A stretch of DNA of 64,000 nucleotides. Source: a virus. Shown one piece after another: positions 36,535 through 46,798 of this stretch (the first letter of the stretch is position 1; each line of letters starts with the position of its first letter). The notes below the pieces were generated by a model. The model was not told the DNA's origin and ran no database searches. It saw only the letters and a program-made list of their open reading frames with translations. The stretch is from the IMG/VR virus record IMGVR_UViG_3300032893_000015, positions 1-64,000 of that record; one strand, given 5' to 3'. Made by a program: the position numbers and the translations under genes.

Positions 36535-37635
36535 CTACAGCAGCGTCCCTGCGAGCCTCTCGAGGTCCAGCCGTACCTCCGGGTCCTCCGTGTGCCGCGC
36601 CACCCAGCTGATGGCGTTGCTCGCGCGCCAGGCCGTCTCTCCGCCCGGTAGGTTGATGACGTCCTCCCCGGCGAACGCCTCGACCACTGCCTTCTGCTGC
36701 GCCTTGGTCAAGTCCTTGGTGGCGGTCTGCAACTGGCGCTTGCTGTACTCCTGTTCGTTGGCCTTGCGAATCTGCTCGACGATGCGATTGCGTCCCGCCG
36801 GCCCGAGCACACCCCTGACAACGTCCTGCAGCGCGCTGACGCTCGCCGCCGTGTCGAGGCGGTAGGTGCGGTCGCTGAACTCGATGTTGTCGGCCAGCTT
36901 CCCGCCCAGGTGCACTTGCCTGAGCACGTTTTCGGTCGTCGCCCCGTTCAGGCATGCGACCCGCAGAAGAAACGCGCGGAACCCGTGCACACCGTTGCCG
37001 TAGTCGCTGTTGCTCCATTCCCCCCCGACCACGACGAACTCACCCGCGGTGGGCTCGAGAATTTCGGGGTGGATGATCTTCAGGGCGGTCCGCGTCTCGG
37101 TGGCGCTCCCGCCGATGGGCAGGGCCCCTACCGCTTGGGCCTCGCGCACCAGCGCGTCCACGAGCGGTCGGCTGTCGAGGCGGCGATATTTGTCGCTGAG
37201 CCACCCTCGCATCTGCCCGCCCACGCTCCTGACCAGCACCCGCTCTTCCTCGACATGCCCGTAGTGCTCGTTGAGCACGTGCGCCGCCAGCTCCTGGCGC
37301 CATTCGCTGCCCTCGGCGAGCTCCTTCAGGTACCGGCTCGGCACGTTCGCCTTCGCCGCCAACTGCCCCAGGGCGTAGTCGCTGGGCACATAGGCATCCT
37401 CCCCGATGACGACCGCCACGCCCTTGTGCTGCCCGGCCGGCACCTCGAAGTGCACCGCCCGAGTACGCACGATCTGGTCCTTGGGTTGGTCGCGCTGGAT
37501 GCGCTCGATGACCATCCCTGCCTCGCGCGCTCCCCGGTCCACTGCCTTCTGGAGCACCGCGCGGTACTTGTCCGCGTCTCGGCCGGTCGCCTGCTGAAAC
37601 GTCTCGAACGGATTCATGCTCGCTGCTGATGTCAT
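36535..37635 (-). CDS. DUF932/DUF945-like protein
   Basis: ALGQLA..A.VP..Y, RGWLSDKYRRLD, NSDYGNG...RVACLNG, TAWRASNAI. Confidence 0.75.
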   Translation of the reverse strand: MTSAASMNPFETFQQATGRDADKYRAVLQKAVDRGAREAGMVIERIQRDQPKDQIVRTRAVHFEVPAGQHKGVAVVIGEDAYVPSDYALGQLAAKANVPSRYLKELAEGSEWRQELAAHVLNEHYGHVEEERVLVRSVGGQMRGWLSDKYRRLDSRPLVDALVREAQAVGALPIGGSATETRTALKIIHPEILEPTAGEFVVVGGEWSNSDYGNGVHGFRAFLLRVACLNGATTENVLRQVHLGGKLADNIEFSDRTYRLDTAASVSALQDVVRGVLGPAGRNRIVEQIRKANEQEYSKRQLQTATKDLTKAQQKAVVEAFAGEDVINLPGGETAWRASNAISWVARHTEDPEVRLDLERLAGTLL

Positions 37636-38408
37636 GGTCGTTTCTCCCTTGCCCTTGGTCTCTTCAGCACCCGCCCTACGGGTGGACCCGACATGGTGTC
37701 GGGTTTCGACCTTTGCTCACCGCTCCACTTGCGCGACGTTCGCCTGCAGCTCCGGGCTCCACCACACCCGACAACGCGATCCGTCGATCGTTACGTACCC
37801 AATGGGGTACTCGTCGCCTCTTGGCGTAACCACCTTCGTTTCCCAGTCATCATTTCTGATGCTCCAATGCACCGCGATGTCCCCTTTCGCCACGAACGCG
37901 TAACCGCTCTCCAACTTTTGCTCGGTCTTCATCGCCGGAACCCCCTGATCCCGAACCGGTACCCGATGGGCTCCGCTCCCGCGAGCGTGTCGGTGCGGTC
38001 CCGGTCCCTCCAGCTGTCCAGGCTCACGTCCACCGTGTACTCCACCAGCCCCGGGAACCCCGCGGGGATGCCCTGCGCGTCGCAAGCGCGCATAAACCGC
38101 CACGCCTCGTCGCGCGTCTTGAATGCGTAGGTCGCCGTGTCCGCCCGCTTCGTCGTCGCCGTCGCCCGTTTCATCGCTCTTCTCCCGCGTCGATGATGTT
38201 CTGCGCGTCTTCGCGCAGGTCCCGCCAGACCTCCTCCGTGGTCATGTCGATCTGCTTGGCCAACCGCCTGACGCTCCGGCCGAACCGGTCTGCAGCTTGT
38301 GGGCTGATGAACCCCGCCACCATCCAATCGGCCAACCCCTGCGCCAGTTTCTCTCGCTCTTGTCCTGCGTCCATCGTCCCCTTGCCTCCCGTCGTGCTCA
38401 CAACAGAC

Positions 38409-38470
38409 ATAATAATCCTTTTGCTTAGGTTGGCAAGGGGAAAAGTTTTGGACGTCGTTTTTTTTTCTCC
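38409..38470 (-). promoter_or_regulatory. sigma70-like promoter P1 with A-tract UP element
   Basis: minus strand TTGCCA-acctaagcaaaaggat(16)-TATTAT; shares spacer sequence with P2 and P3. Confidence 0.7.
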
Positions 38471-38480
38471 CCCCGGTGGG

Positions 38481-39572
38481 TCACTCTCCTTCCGCCGCTT
38501 TGTGCACGTGGGGTTCCTGGGTATCCGCGTAGACGTACAGCGTCTGCTCCGATTCGTCGCCGTACCGCAGCGTGACCTCTACGCACGTCCGGAACCCTTT
38601 CCGGCAGTTGCTCTCGCTGCACGTGTCGGCGCGCACGATGCGCGTCGCGACTCCATACCAAATGATGCCCCACTCGCCGCCCTTCTGAACGTGCTCCAAC
38701 TCCATCGTCATCCTTTGGTCCAGGGCTAGCTTCACCCGATCGTGCACTCCGTACGCATGCGTGTTCGGACGAGTATGTTCCTCTACGTCGTACGCATCCA
38801 TCGGCTGGTACCCAATCCTTATTAGGTTCTCCACGACGGCCTTCTGATTGGTGTCCTTCGCCACCTGATTGACGTTCCTCCCGTCCCGGGCCGCCCGCTC
38901 GTAGTCGGGCACGAACCGAATGACGTACTCCCGGCACCGTTGTGCAAACAGCACCTGCTTGGCAGCAAGTATCTCCGCCCGCTCCTTCACGTACCTCTCC
39001 CACTCCGCGTATCGCTGCTCGTAGGTGGCAATCGCCAGAGCGAGCGGTCCCGCGCGCACCCCCGCCATTCGCGCCACGATCCGTTCGTCCTCGCGTAGCG
39101 ACTCGCCGAGATAAATACCCTTTGGTCCGTTCGACGTCATCACCGGACGCCCATGTGAGTGTCCCGAGCGTTCGTGTGTGATGTCGCCATTCTTGTCCGT
39201 GAAGTAGGGCCGCTCCCCGCTGTCCGTGATCCAGTCAGTCACCGGCTTTTCGAGCGCCATCCTGATGATCTTTTCCCCCTCCTCACGACGCTTCTTCTCC
39301 GCCGCCTGGCGCTTCTCAGCCATGGCTTCGATCGCCTGGAGCACAGCCTCTACGCTCGGTGCGCTCACCTCCACCTCGACGAGGTGACCGCTCTCCGTGC
39401 GGCACCCTACCGTGTGGCTATTGGGGAACGCTTCCAACGTCTCCTTCGCCGCCTTGCTGAGAAGCTTTACGTGCTCGTCGTACAGCACGATTTCGTCCCG
39501 CCCGTACTTCGACTTCCCTGCCTCGAGTGCAGCCTTGAGCCTGATGTTCACCGCAACGGTAACCTGCTTCAT
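38481..39572 (-). CDS. hypothetical protein
   Basis: 363-aa ORF with GGAG RBS. Confidence 0.7.
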   Translation of the reverse strand: MKQVTVAVNIRLKAALEAGKSKYGRDEIVLYDEHVKLLSKAAKETLEAFPNSHTVGCRTESGHLVEVEVSAPSVEAVLQAIEAMAEKRQAAEKKRREEGEKIIRMALEKPVTDWITDSGERPYFTDKNGDITHERSGHSHGRPVMTSNGPKGIYLGESLREDERIVARMAGVRAGPLALAIATYEQRYAEWERYVKERAEILAAKQVLFAQRCREYVIRFVPDYERAARDGRNVNQVAKDTNQKAVVENLIRIGYQPMDAYDVEEHTRPNTHAYGVHDRVKLALDQRMTMELEHVQKGGEWGIIWYGVATRIVRADTCSESNCRKGFRTCVEVTLRYGDESEQTLYVYADTQEPHVHKAAEGE

Positions 39573-39654
39573 ATGCGTACTCCTCCGCGCGAGCTCCGTG
39601 CCCGCGCGCTGCCCCCGAAGGCTGATCCCTCTGAGGCAACACGCGACCGCGGAA

Positions 39655-40053
39655 CTACTTGGAGCGCAGCGTCAGATTGCAAGCCGTCGCGACGCCATTG
39701 ATCGCGACGAGGTACCCGAGCGCCACGAACGACAGCCACGCGATGTGGCTCGCGACCATCGTCCCCTCGAGCAGCACGACGAAGCCCGCCGCCTTCGCCC
39801 CATTCGAGAAGGCCAGCCTCCCCCACGTGAACACCGTCCGCGCGCTGTAGAGCAGCCCGCCGCCAACGAGGTACGTGGGCAGCTGCGCCCAGAGCGCCTC
39901 GGTTGCGTGGATCTCGTAGTGGGCCACGACGAAGGAAGCGAGTGGCACGATCCCACCGAGGCAGAAGCCGAGAGCCGTGGCGAGGCGGTTGTGAGACTTG
40001 AGGGCCGTGCGCACTTGCGCGACAACGCCGGGGGTCTGCGTGGGGCGCCTCAC
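39655..40053 (-). CDS. multi-pass membrane protein
   Basis: about four hydrophobic segments; GTGA overlap with the upstream gene. Confidence 0.6.
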   Translation of the reverse strand: MRRPTQTPGVVAQVRTALKSHNRLATALGFCLGGIVPLASFVVAHYEIHATEALWAQLPTYLVGGGLLYSARTVFTWGRLAFSNGAKAAGFVVLLEGTMVASHIAWLSFVALGYLVAINGVATACNLTLRSK

Positions 40054-40303
40054 GGCCGGTCCCCCTCCCTGACCACAAACAGGCGTGTCATGTCGTTGAG
40101 ATCGGGCCGATAGTACGAAGGGGAATTGGGAGGGTAGCAATCCCACTGCACGGATACCGCACCTTGGCGGGTTACGTATTTGACAGTTCCAAGGGACGCC
40201 GCTTGCTGCCCCGGCCCACCGTTTCCGTACATCCATGCCACACGATCGCCAGCCTTGAGCGCCGTTCGTACTTGGTCGACCACCCCCGGCTCGATGCGCC
40301 GGT

Positions 40304-40489
40304 TCACGAGTCCACCGCCGCGTTGTAGCGCCAGACGTATCCACCCTTCCTGATGAGGGGCTCTGCTATCTCTCGCTGTTCGTTCCAACGGTGGCCACAC
40401 TCACACCGCTTCGCCAGTCTGTCGACTCTGACCAGCAGCAGCTCAACGTGTAGTGAGCCGCACTCGGGACATCCCTCGGGGCCCATCAC
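40304..40489 (-). CDS. small Zn-ribbon protein (paralog of the 60688..61092 N-terminus)
   Basis: MGPEGCPECGS...CECGHRW. Confidence 0.65.
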   Translation of the reverse strand: MMGPEGCPECGSLHVELLLVRVDRLAKRCECGHRWNEQREIAEPLIRKGGYVWRYNAAVDS

Positions 40490-40758
40490 CGCCCCCCACT
40501 ATCGACCGTGCCCAACACGAGGATTCGCCTCCCGTGCGTTCCCTTTCGCTCGCTGACGGCGACGCCCGCCCGCTTCAGCCGGCTGAGCAGGTTCGTGCGG
40601 CTGCGTGCGTAGTGCACGCCGTACTTTTTCGCCTTCCCTCGTAGGGTTGAGCCGCTGAGGCTCTCCAGCCCGAGCACTACCCCCCGCTGGTAGCTCCCCC
40701 GCGTGCACGCCAGAGCCGTCTCCAAAACCGCCCCATCCACGTCTGCCCACTTGCCCAT
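40486..40758 (-). CDS. hypothetical protein, first gene after promoter P2
   Basis: MGKWADVDG start with RBS. Confidence 0.6.
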   Translation of the reverse strand: MGKWADVDGAVLETALACTRGSYQRGVVLGLESLSGSTLRGKAKKYGVHYARSRTNLLSRLKRAGVAVSERKGTHGRRILVLGTVDSGGR

Positions 40759-40824
40759 CGTCTCACCCTCGCTCCCCGGGCTCATTGCCCGTCTCGTCGA
40801 AGCTCCATCGCTTCAACAAGGGAG

Positions 40825-40885
40825 AGTATGAATCTCTTTGCGTAGGTTGGCAAGAGGAAAAGTTCTGGGGGTCTTACTTTTTCTC
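40825..40885 (-). promoter_or_regulatory. sigma70-like promoter P2
   Basis: minus strand TTGCCA-acctacgcaaagagatt(17)-CATACT, upstream GAGAAAAAG tract. Confidence 0.7.
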
Positions 40886-41470
40886 CCTCGGTCGCCGTTT
40901 CCCGCAATCTGCGCATCGCAGGACCTTCTTTTCCAGCACCCAGCTCCGGCTCCCGCACCCGGGGCACTGTACCTGCCACCAAGAGCCCTCCCTCGGGGGC
41001 CTTGGCTGCCTCCTGGGGGCCTTGGCTGCCTCCTGGTCTGCCCTGGTCCAGTGCTTTGGGTGCTTGTCCTGGTGTCGCTCGGTGAGCTCCCGTACGAGCG
41101 GCGTGAGCTCCTGCAGCGCCCTCTCGTACCCCCTGTTGGAGTACTGTCGGTCGTCGACGAGCGTCCCCTCGTAGTAGGCGTCGACCAGAATCGCGATGCA
41201 CGCGAGCACATGACCAAGGTGGTGCACCTTGCTGTCGCTCGCTCTGTCCTCGCCTTCGTACCAGAGCGCCAGGTGTCGCATGGCCGCTTCGACGTATATG
41301 GTCGCGAGCACCGGTGTCGCTCGCCAATTGGTCCGCCCGTACTTCTCCTTCCCATCGAACAGCGCGAGGCTCCCGACCAACGTTGCCACCGCGGGCCAAA
41401 GCGCGAGGGGTGCTTTCGTCTGCCCGATAACGTCCTTCGGATTACGTCTGTCGACGTTGCGTCGCTTCAC
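40874..41470 (-). CDS. dATP/dGTP diphosphohydrolase-domain (DUF5664) protein with C-terminal Zn ribbon
   Basis: NPKD.IG..K.PL.L.P, GKEKYGRTNWR, AAMRHL..W.EGED, HHLGHVLAC. Confidence 0.85.
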   Translation of the reverse strand: MKRRNVDRRNPKDVIGQTKAPLALWPAVATLVGSLALFDGKEKYGRTNWRATPVLATIYVEAAMRHLALWYEGEDRASDSKVHHLGHVLACIAILVDAYYEGTLVDDRQYSNRGYERALQELTPLVRELTERHQDKHPKHWTRADQEAAKAPRRQPRPPREGSWWQVQCPGCGSRSWVLEKKVLRCADCGKRRPREKK

Positions 41471-41735
41471 GTCCCCCTCGGTGGCATCGGATCGTTGAGC
41501 GTGTCTCGGTGCAGGTGCAGCCGCGCGAACGTCGAGATCCACGTCCGGAACTGCCCGCTCATGCACATGCGCTTGAAGGCTTTGGGCACCGTTGTGCACC
41601 CGGGATGCGTGCACTCCCCGCCCACCTCCGCCTCTTCCGGGATGTGCGTGATGGGGTCGATCTCCCGCTCGTAGTAGTACCCCTTGACGTGCGGGGCCCA
41701 TGACGGTGACCACTCGTGTCTCGTCCCCATCCGAC

Positions 41736-41984
41736 TCAACTCTCTTCCCTTGTGAGCACCATCACCTTCTTACCTAGCTTCCTCGCCCACGCATCCATCG
41801 CCTCGGCACAACGTAGCGCCTCCGCCAACTTCTCCGGGTCCTCTCCCGCTTTCCTTCGAATCTCCACCCACAACCGTACGAGGGCCCCCGCGTGTGGATC
41901 TCTGCCCAAGAGCACGAACATCGGTTCGTCTGGCTCTGCCCTCGTATAACAGTCGTACGCGCCCGGGTTGTTCTTCGTTGCCAT
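41736..41984 (-). CDS. conserved-looking phage hypothetical protein
   Basis: DCY..AEPDEPMFVLLGRD motif. Confidence 0.65.
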   Translation of the reverse strand: MATKNNPGAYDCYTRAEPDEPMFVLLGRDPHAGALVRLWVEIRRKAGEDPEKLAEALRCAEAMDAWARKLGKKVMVLTREES

Positions 41985-41987
41985 TGG

Positions 41988-42680
41988 TCAGCTCCTCTCG
42001 AACAACTCCATCGTCCGTGGAAAGCACCCTTTGAGAATCTGGTGCAACGCTGTCGCGTATTCCCGGATCTCCTGCTGCGCGGTGGGGGCTTCTCGAAGCG
42101 TCAGGAACGCCATCCAATTGCGCAGGTTCGCGCTCGCCCGCATCCGGCTGTAGCGCCCAACCGGCAGGACAAGACGCGCGAGCTCCTTGGGCACGCCCAT
42201 CCTCAATGCTTCTCGGTAGTTCCCCTCCGCGAACTCGTAGAACCCCCGTAGGTGATCGCGGTAATTGATGGCTCCGTCCTCGGTGAGTGTTTCCGCACCG
42301 TCGACAGTTCCCGCCTGCTTGTTCTGCTGTCTGCTGTTTGCCACGAGTCGATCAACCGTTGGCACGTACGCGAAGTCCGGTAGCGGAGCGTACCTGGCGC
42401 TCATCTCACTAAACGACTGCGTTCTGTGCCGATGCCATTCACGGAACACGAAGATCGGCGCCTGCACTTCGAAGATCGCTCCCGCGAACTCGAACGGTGT
42501 CGCGTGGTGATTGGTCCAGAGATACTTCAGCAGCTTTTCGTCACCGCTCTGCATCTCATCGCCCCACCCCTGGAAGCCCTTCTGCGTGCTCTGTCGCGCG
42601 GCTTCGATGATCTTCTCGTCGCTCCCCCAGTGCTCCACGAGTCCGATGTACCCGTGGTCGAGAACCTTGTTGTAGATCAC
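41988..42680 (-). CDS. thyX: flavin-dependent thymidylate synthase
   Basis: HATPFE, APIFVFREWHRHRTQSFSEMSARY, KELARLVLP, NLRNW..FL.LR. Confidence 0.96.
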   Translation of the reverse strand: MIYNKVLDHGYIGLVEHWGSDEKIIEAARQSTQKGFQGWGDEMQSGDEKLLKYLWTNHHATPFEFAGAIFEVQAPIFVFREWHRHRTQSFSEMSARYAPLPDFAYVPTVDRLVANSRQQNKQAGTVDGAETLTEDGAINYRDHLRGFYEFAEGNYREALRMGVPKELARLVLPVGRYSRMRASANLRNWMAFLTLREAPTAQQEIREYATALHQILKGCFPRTMELFERS

Positions 42681-43051
42681 GCTCGTCTCCCTCGCTTCCG
42701 GCTCTCCGTGAGCCACCCGAGCCACTGCACTTGAATCGTCGTACCCCCACCCTTTCCTCGTAGCGTGTTCACCTTCCACTTCTTACGCCGCAGCCTCAGC
42801 GTCTCGATGACGATGTTCGCCCACGGTGGCAGGGCCGCTCCCCTCGGCAACTCCAGATTCAGCTTCCCCGTCTGGTGGAAGTGTTTCTTGTAGCTGCGCA
42901 CGAACTCCGCCGTCCCTCGGATGGCCGCATTGTGCACGGTCACCATGTTGTCCACTTCCTTGCGCACCTCTCGCGTCCCCGGTGAGATGTCGTTGACGAC
43001 GCTCTCCCCGATAACGCTCCCGATGACCCGACTAAGACGCCGCAGGCCCAT
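42677..43051 (-). CDS. hypothetical protein
   Basis: stop overlaps the thyX start. Confidence 0.55.
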   Translation of the reverse strand: MGLRRLSRVIGSVIGESVVNDISPGTREVRKEVDNMVTVHNAAIRGTAEFVRSYKKHFHQTGKLNLELPRGAALPPWANIVIETLRLRRKKWKVNTLRGKGGGTTIQVQWLGWLTESRKRGRRA

Positions 43052-43502
43052 CCGGGTAATTCTGCTGCTTTAGCAATTCGAGGCTAAGTCTCGTGCGCTC
43101 CTCTTCGAGCGCCTTGGCTAACTTCTGCATCTCGACCAGGTCCGCATTCGCCTTGGCGGTTGCCGCCTTGCTCGCCTCCAGCTGCCGCTTCAGGGCCGCG
43201 TTCTCCATGCTCGTAACTTGGTGCTTTCTTCGCTCCTCCTGCAGCTGCCGTTGCACCGCCGCCGTCTGCTCGCTGAGCTCACTGAGCGACCCTCCGTACC
43301 CATCGATGAGACACGTGACGGCGTTGTGGAAGAGTACCGGGGTAACCCTACGTCCCCCCGGTTGGGGGTTTGTCATCGCTTGCTGCGGTGGGATCGATTG
43401 CGATGGTGCTGCTTGCTCCGGCTCCGCTTGCCCCGCTTCCCTCGCCGCTGCCAGCTCCCGTCTCCTCGCCTCGAACACCTCGTCCACCGTCTGATCCACC
43501 AT
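43032..43502 (-). CDS. coiled-coil hypothetical protein
   Basis: ORF on the coding strand. Confidence 0.6.
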   Translation of the reverse strand: MVDQTVDEVFEARRRELAAAREAGQAEPEQAAPSQSIPPQQAMTNPQPGGRRVTPVLFHNAVTCLIDGYGGSLSELSEQTAAVQRQLQEERRKHQVTSMENAALKRQLEASKAATAKANADLVEMQKLAKALEEERTRLSLELLKQQNYPDGPAAS

Positions 43503-43904
43503 GTTTTTTCGCCTCCTCCTGCAGTCCCATGAGTGCCTGCATTTGCGTATGCAGAATCTGGGTAATGATCGCCAGGTACATCCCCCTCGCGACTCCGCTT
43601 GCCGCTGCCAGTCTCGCGCTCACCTCCATGACGTTCGTGACCATGAGCTGCAAGTTTGCGAACGTCTGCACCTCCTTGTCCGTCAACGGCACGAACGTCT
43701 CCGAGTCCTTGACGATAAAGGCGTCTCCCGTGTCGAACTCGACGATGGGTACGCGTACCGGCCTGCCGTTGATCTTCGACACATAGTGGTCTGCTTCGTC
43801 CCCTGCGTAAAAGCGCACGGCCATGCCTATGGTGCCGGTCTCCACGTGCATCAGCCACCACCGCTCTTGCGCCGCCTCGCTAGGACTGTTCGCCTTGCCC
43901 TTGG

Positions 43905-44285
43905 TCATGTTTCCTCCGTCGCGAGCTCGTCTAATGCCGCTCCCCTTCCGACGATCTCCTCCGCGTCGCCTAGGAGTACGTTCGGCCCGTTGCGCCACCC
44001 CGGGTCCATCTCGTCTGCGATATCCTCGGGAGTGGGGGTTCTCCTGGCCGGATGCTCGACGCCTCCGCGCTCACTCGCCTCGTACCCCCTGACCCACCCG
44101 CTCTTGTACGCCTCGTTGGCCAGATGAATGGCGAACGCGATCCAATCTCCCCGTGTCGCCTTTGGGCACTCGTTGGCGAACAGGAACGCGTGATCGACCA
44201 GTCGTCTCGGCGGCTCCGGCCCCTCGTAGTACCGGCGCAGGTGCCGTTCGAGTCTCTGCCTCCACCACCGCCCTAGCCTTGTCAC
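43905..44285 (-). CDS. hypothetical protein
   Basis: GTGA overlap with the glycosyltransferase stop. Confidence 0.55.
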   Translation of the reverse strand: MTRLGRWWRQRLERHLRRYYEGPEPPRRLVDHAFLFANECPKATRGDWIAFAIHLANEAYKSGWVRGYEASERGGVEHPARRTPTPEDIADEMDPGWRNGPNVLLGDAEEIVGRGAALDELATEET

Positions 44286-45274
44286 GACCAGAGTCTCTCG
44301 TACTCCGGCCCCACTTTCTGGGGGTCGTGTTCGGCGAGCACCATCTTTCCCGCCCGCTGCATCTGCCTCCTTGGGGTCAGCTGCACCGCCTCCACCAACT
44401 CCTCCGTGTTCGCCACCGCCAACGCCGTCTCCCCGTGCCTGACGACTCCTTCCCCCGTGACGAGCCACTTCCTGTTGACGACGAGTATGGCCCCCGCATC
44501 CCACGCCTCCAGAAACGTGTACTGCGTCCCGTCCCCATCCCCCGCAATAGCACTCAGGTCCACGCAGTACCTGGCCGTCTCCGCAATCCGCACGGCTGCG
44601 TCGAGCTCCGCCGGATACGTCCCCCGGTACTGTTCCCTCCACCGTGGATACGAGTGGTCAAGTTTGTGATGCGCATACATCCCGTTTTCCGCCCCGTAGA
44701 TGATGATGCGCTTCTCTTTGGGGAGTCTTTCGTTCGCCCGTGCGATCTCGGTGGTGTGCTTGTCCCAGTCCACCCGTGAGATCGCCACCGCATTCACTAC
44801 TCGAGGCATCCCCACTGTCGCCTGCTGCACATACGGATGCCTGATGAACACCGGCCGAATGCCTTCCGCCTCCAGGTGCCTTCGGTTCGACTCCCTGACG
44901 ATAACCGTCTGGTGACGAGAATCGGTCCTGAGCGCCTCGAACATCTTCGGCGAAAGCTCCGTTGGATCGTGGATGACGACGTGTGCCCCCTCTGCGATGA
45001 GCTCCTCGGCTACCCCCACGTTCTTCGGGCCCACCGCCGTGATGATGCTTCGGGTGCCCCCGGCGATGATCTTCGCCTCGAGCCGATCCACGTTCCGATA
45101 CGTCAACCCTCGTCCGTAATCCCGCTGTCGTGTGGGTGGCTCGCTTCGCTGCCCCACCTTGTACAGCGCCACTTCGTACCCCATCGTCCGCATGGTCAGG
45201 GCCAGGTGCGCCGTGAACGTCACCCATCCTCCAAAGCGCGGCTCCGCCAAATAAAAAAGCGCCAACGTCTTCAC
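44282..45274 (-). CDS. GT-B fold glycosyltransferase, TET/JBP-associated
   Basis: GGWVTFTAHL, VIHDPTE, SRVDWDKH, GTQYTFLEAWDAG; overlaps the dioxygenase stop. Confidence 0.85.
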   Translation of the reverse strand: MKTLALFYLAEPRFGGWVTFTAHLALTMRTMGYEVALYKVGQRSEPPTRQRDYGRGLTYRNVDRLEAKIIAGGTRSIITAVGPKNVGVAEELIAEGAHVVIHDPTELSPKMFEALRTDSRHQTVIVRESNRRHLEAEGIRPVFIRHPYVQQATVGMPRVVNAVAISRVDWDKHTTEIARANERLPKEKRIIIYGAENGMYAHHKLDHSYPRWREQYRGTYPAELDAAVRIAETARYCVDLSAIAGDGDGTQYTFLEAWDAGAILVVNRKWLVTGEGVVRHGETALAVANTEELVEAVQLTPRRQMQRAGKMVLAEHDPQKVGPEYERLWS

Positions 45275-46125
45275 AACCGTTGTTTCCCTCTGAGCTCGTC
45301 CAGCTGGTCATGCCGGCAGTGGCTCATCTTCTCCCGGAAGTAGTAGACGACCGATATCCGCTCGAACCCCGGTTGCGTCTCATACGGATCGGTGACGCCG
45401 TGCCACTCGTGTGGGTTGAAGAAGATGAGGTCCCCGTCCTGCATGTCCGCCGCCACGCGGTACTCCGGGAACGTCAGCCACCCTCCTCGGTACTGCCCTT
45501 TGCGGCTGACGCTCAGGCACCCAAACCCCTGCTTGTAGTCGCCTGCATCCTTGTGGATGCGCCCGTACACATTCCTGTTCACCGTCAACGTGCTGTAGGG
45601 CGTCCCCTGGATGACGTACTCCTGGGGCGCCTGCTTCGCGACGTACGCTTGCCTGGTGTACCGCTCCGGCAACTCCGCTTGGAACTCCTGGGCGACGTAC
45701 TGCGCCAGCGGCACGATGCGATTCCACGCCTCCACTTCCCTCGCCGTGAACATCGTCGCTCGGCAAAACGGGAAGCGACCCCCCTGCTTGTCGAAGTACC
45801 CGATGACCACACTGGCCACCGGCTGCGTACGGGTACTTTTCGCCCGCACCCCATCCGGCCCCACTTTCGCCACCCGCGGTTGCCCTGCGTACTTCCCTCG
45901 GTTCGTGCTGCCGTACGCCTCCGCTGCATGTGCCAGGGTCGCTCGCGTCGACTCCACCAACTCCTCGGGTATCGCTCTTCTCCTGTACAGGATGAGCAGC
46001 TCTCCGTCCGGCTTGAAGACGTCACAGTCCCGATTGACCAGCAGCGCCACGTCGTCCTCGGTGACGGGCCCTCCCTCGCGCTTCTCGATTCCGCTCGCTC
46101 TACTGCGCAGGTGCACGCGAAACAC
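45271..46125 (-). CDS. TET/JBP-family 2-oxoglutarate/Fe(II) dioxygenase
   Basis: STLTVNRN, HKDAGD (HxD), HEWHGVT (distal H), RISVVYYFRE (2OG-binding R). Confidence 0.9.
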   Translation of the reverse strand: MFRVHLRSRASGIEKREGGPVTEDDVALLVNRDCDVFKPDGELLILYRRRAIPEELVESTRATLAHAAEAYGSTNRGKYAGQPRVAKVGPDGVRAKSTRTQPVASVVIGYFDKQGGRFPFCRATMFTAREVEAWNRIVPLAQYVAQEFQAELPERYTRQAYVAKQAPQEYVIQGTPYSTLTVNRNVYGRIHKDAGDYKQGFGCLSVSRKGQYRGGWLTFPEYRVAADMQDGDLIFFNPHEWHGVTDPYETQPGFERISVVYYFREKMSHCRHDQLDELRGKQRL

Positions 46126-46798
46126 GGCGCATCGCCTCCAGTACCCTCTCCGGCTTGGTCTCTCCCGAGATGACCCCGAGGGCCTTCTCGAACTCCGTGT
46201 GTTGCTTCTCGCTGTAGTACAGCTGCACGACGCGTTGGTGCTGCGCCTTGCCGCTCGGCATGTCGATGCTGCCGGGGGGTGGAGGTTGTGCGTCGATGCC
46301 TTGCTCGAGAGTGTTGCTCTCCTCCTCGGCCATCATCCGCATGTACTCCTCCCCTTCGATACCGAGCTCGAAGGCAAGATCCTCCACTTCCATCTGCGGT
46401 TCGATGCCGCGCACGAGCATCGCCAGTTGCCGCTTGTCGAGCTGACCATGTCGGTAGATGAACTTGAGCGTCAGCGCCTTGGCTTGCTCCTCGGTAAGGC
46501 CATCGATCACCTGCATGGGCCCCATCTCCATGCCGAGATCCCTCCCGACCATCCACCGATGCTCCCCATCGATGATGACGTTCCTCGGGTTCCCTTTCTC
46601 GTCCTTGCCCCAGACGAGGAGGGCTTGGCTACTCAGCCACCCTGCCGACTGGATCCCCTTTCGGAGACTCCTGAGCATATACGGCGTCATCTCGTTGGGG
46701 TTCCACGTATTGGGCCGCACGCTGTTGAGCGGCAGCAGCTTCACCTCCCCGATGACTTTCACCTGCTGTTCGGGCTTGCGCGCCTTTCTCGTTTTCAT
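46100..46798 (-). CDS. ParB-like protein 2
   Basis: PNTWNPNEM...IIDGEHRW. Confidence 0.85.
   Translation of the reverse strand: MKTRKARKPEQQVKVIGEVKLLPLNSVRPNTWNPNEMTPYMLRSLRKGIQSAGWLSSQALLVWGKDEKGNPRNVIIDGEHRWMVGRDLGMEMGPMQVIDGLTEEQAKALTLKFIYRHGQLDKRQLAMLVRGIEPQMEVEDLAFELGIEGEEYMRMMAEEESNTLEQGIDAQPPPPGSIDMPSGKAQHQRVVQLYYSEKQHTEFEKALGVISGETKPERVLEAMRRVSRAPAQ

Noticed and set aside
40874-41470. 2-aminoadenine (dZ) genome inferred from the DUF5664 hydrolase
   Set aside because: No PurZ-like gene is seen in the window, and this domain also occurs in phages without dZ.
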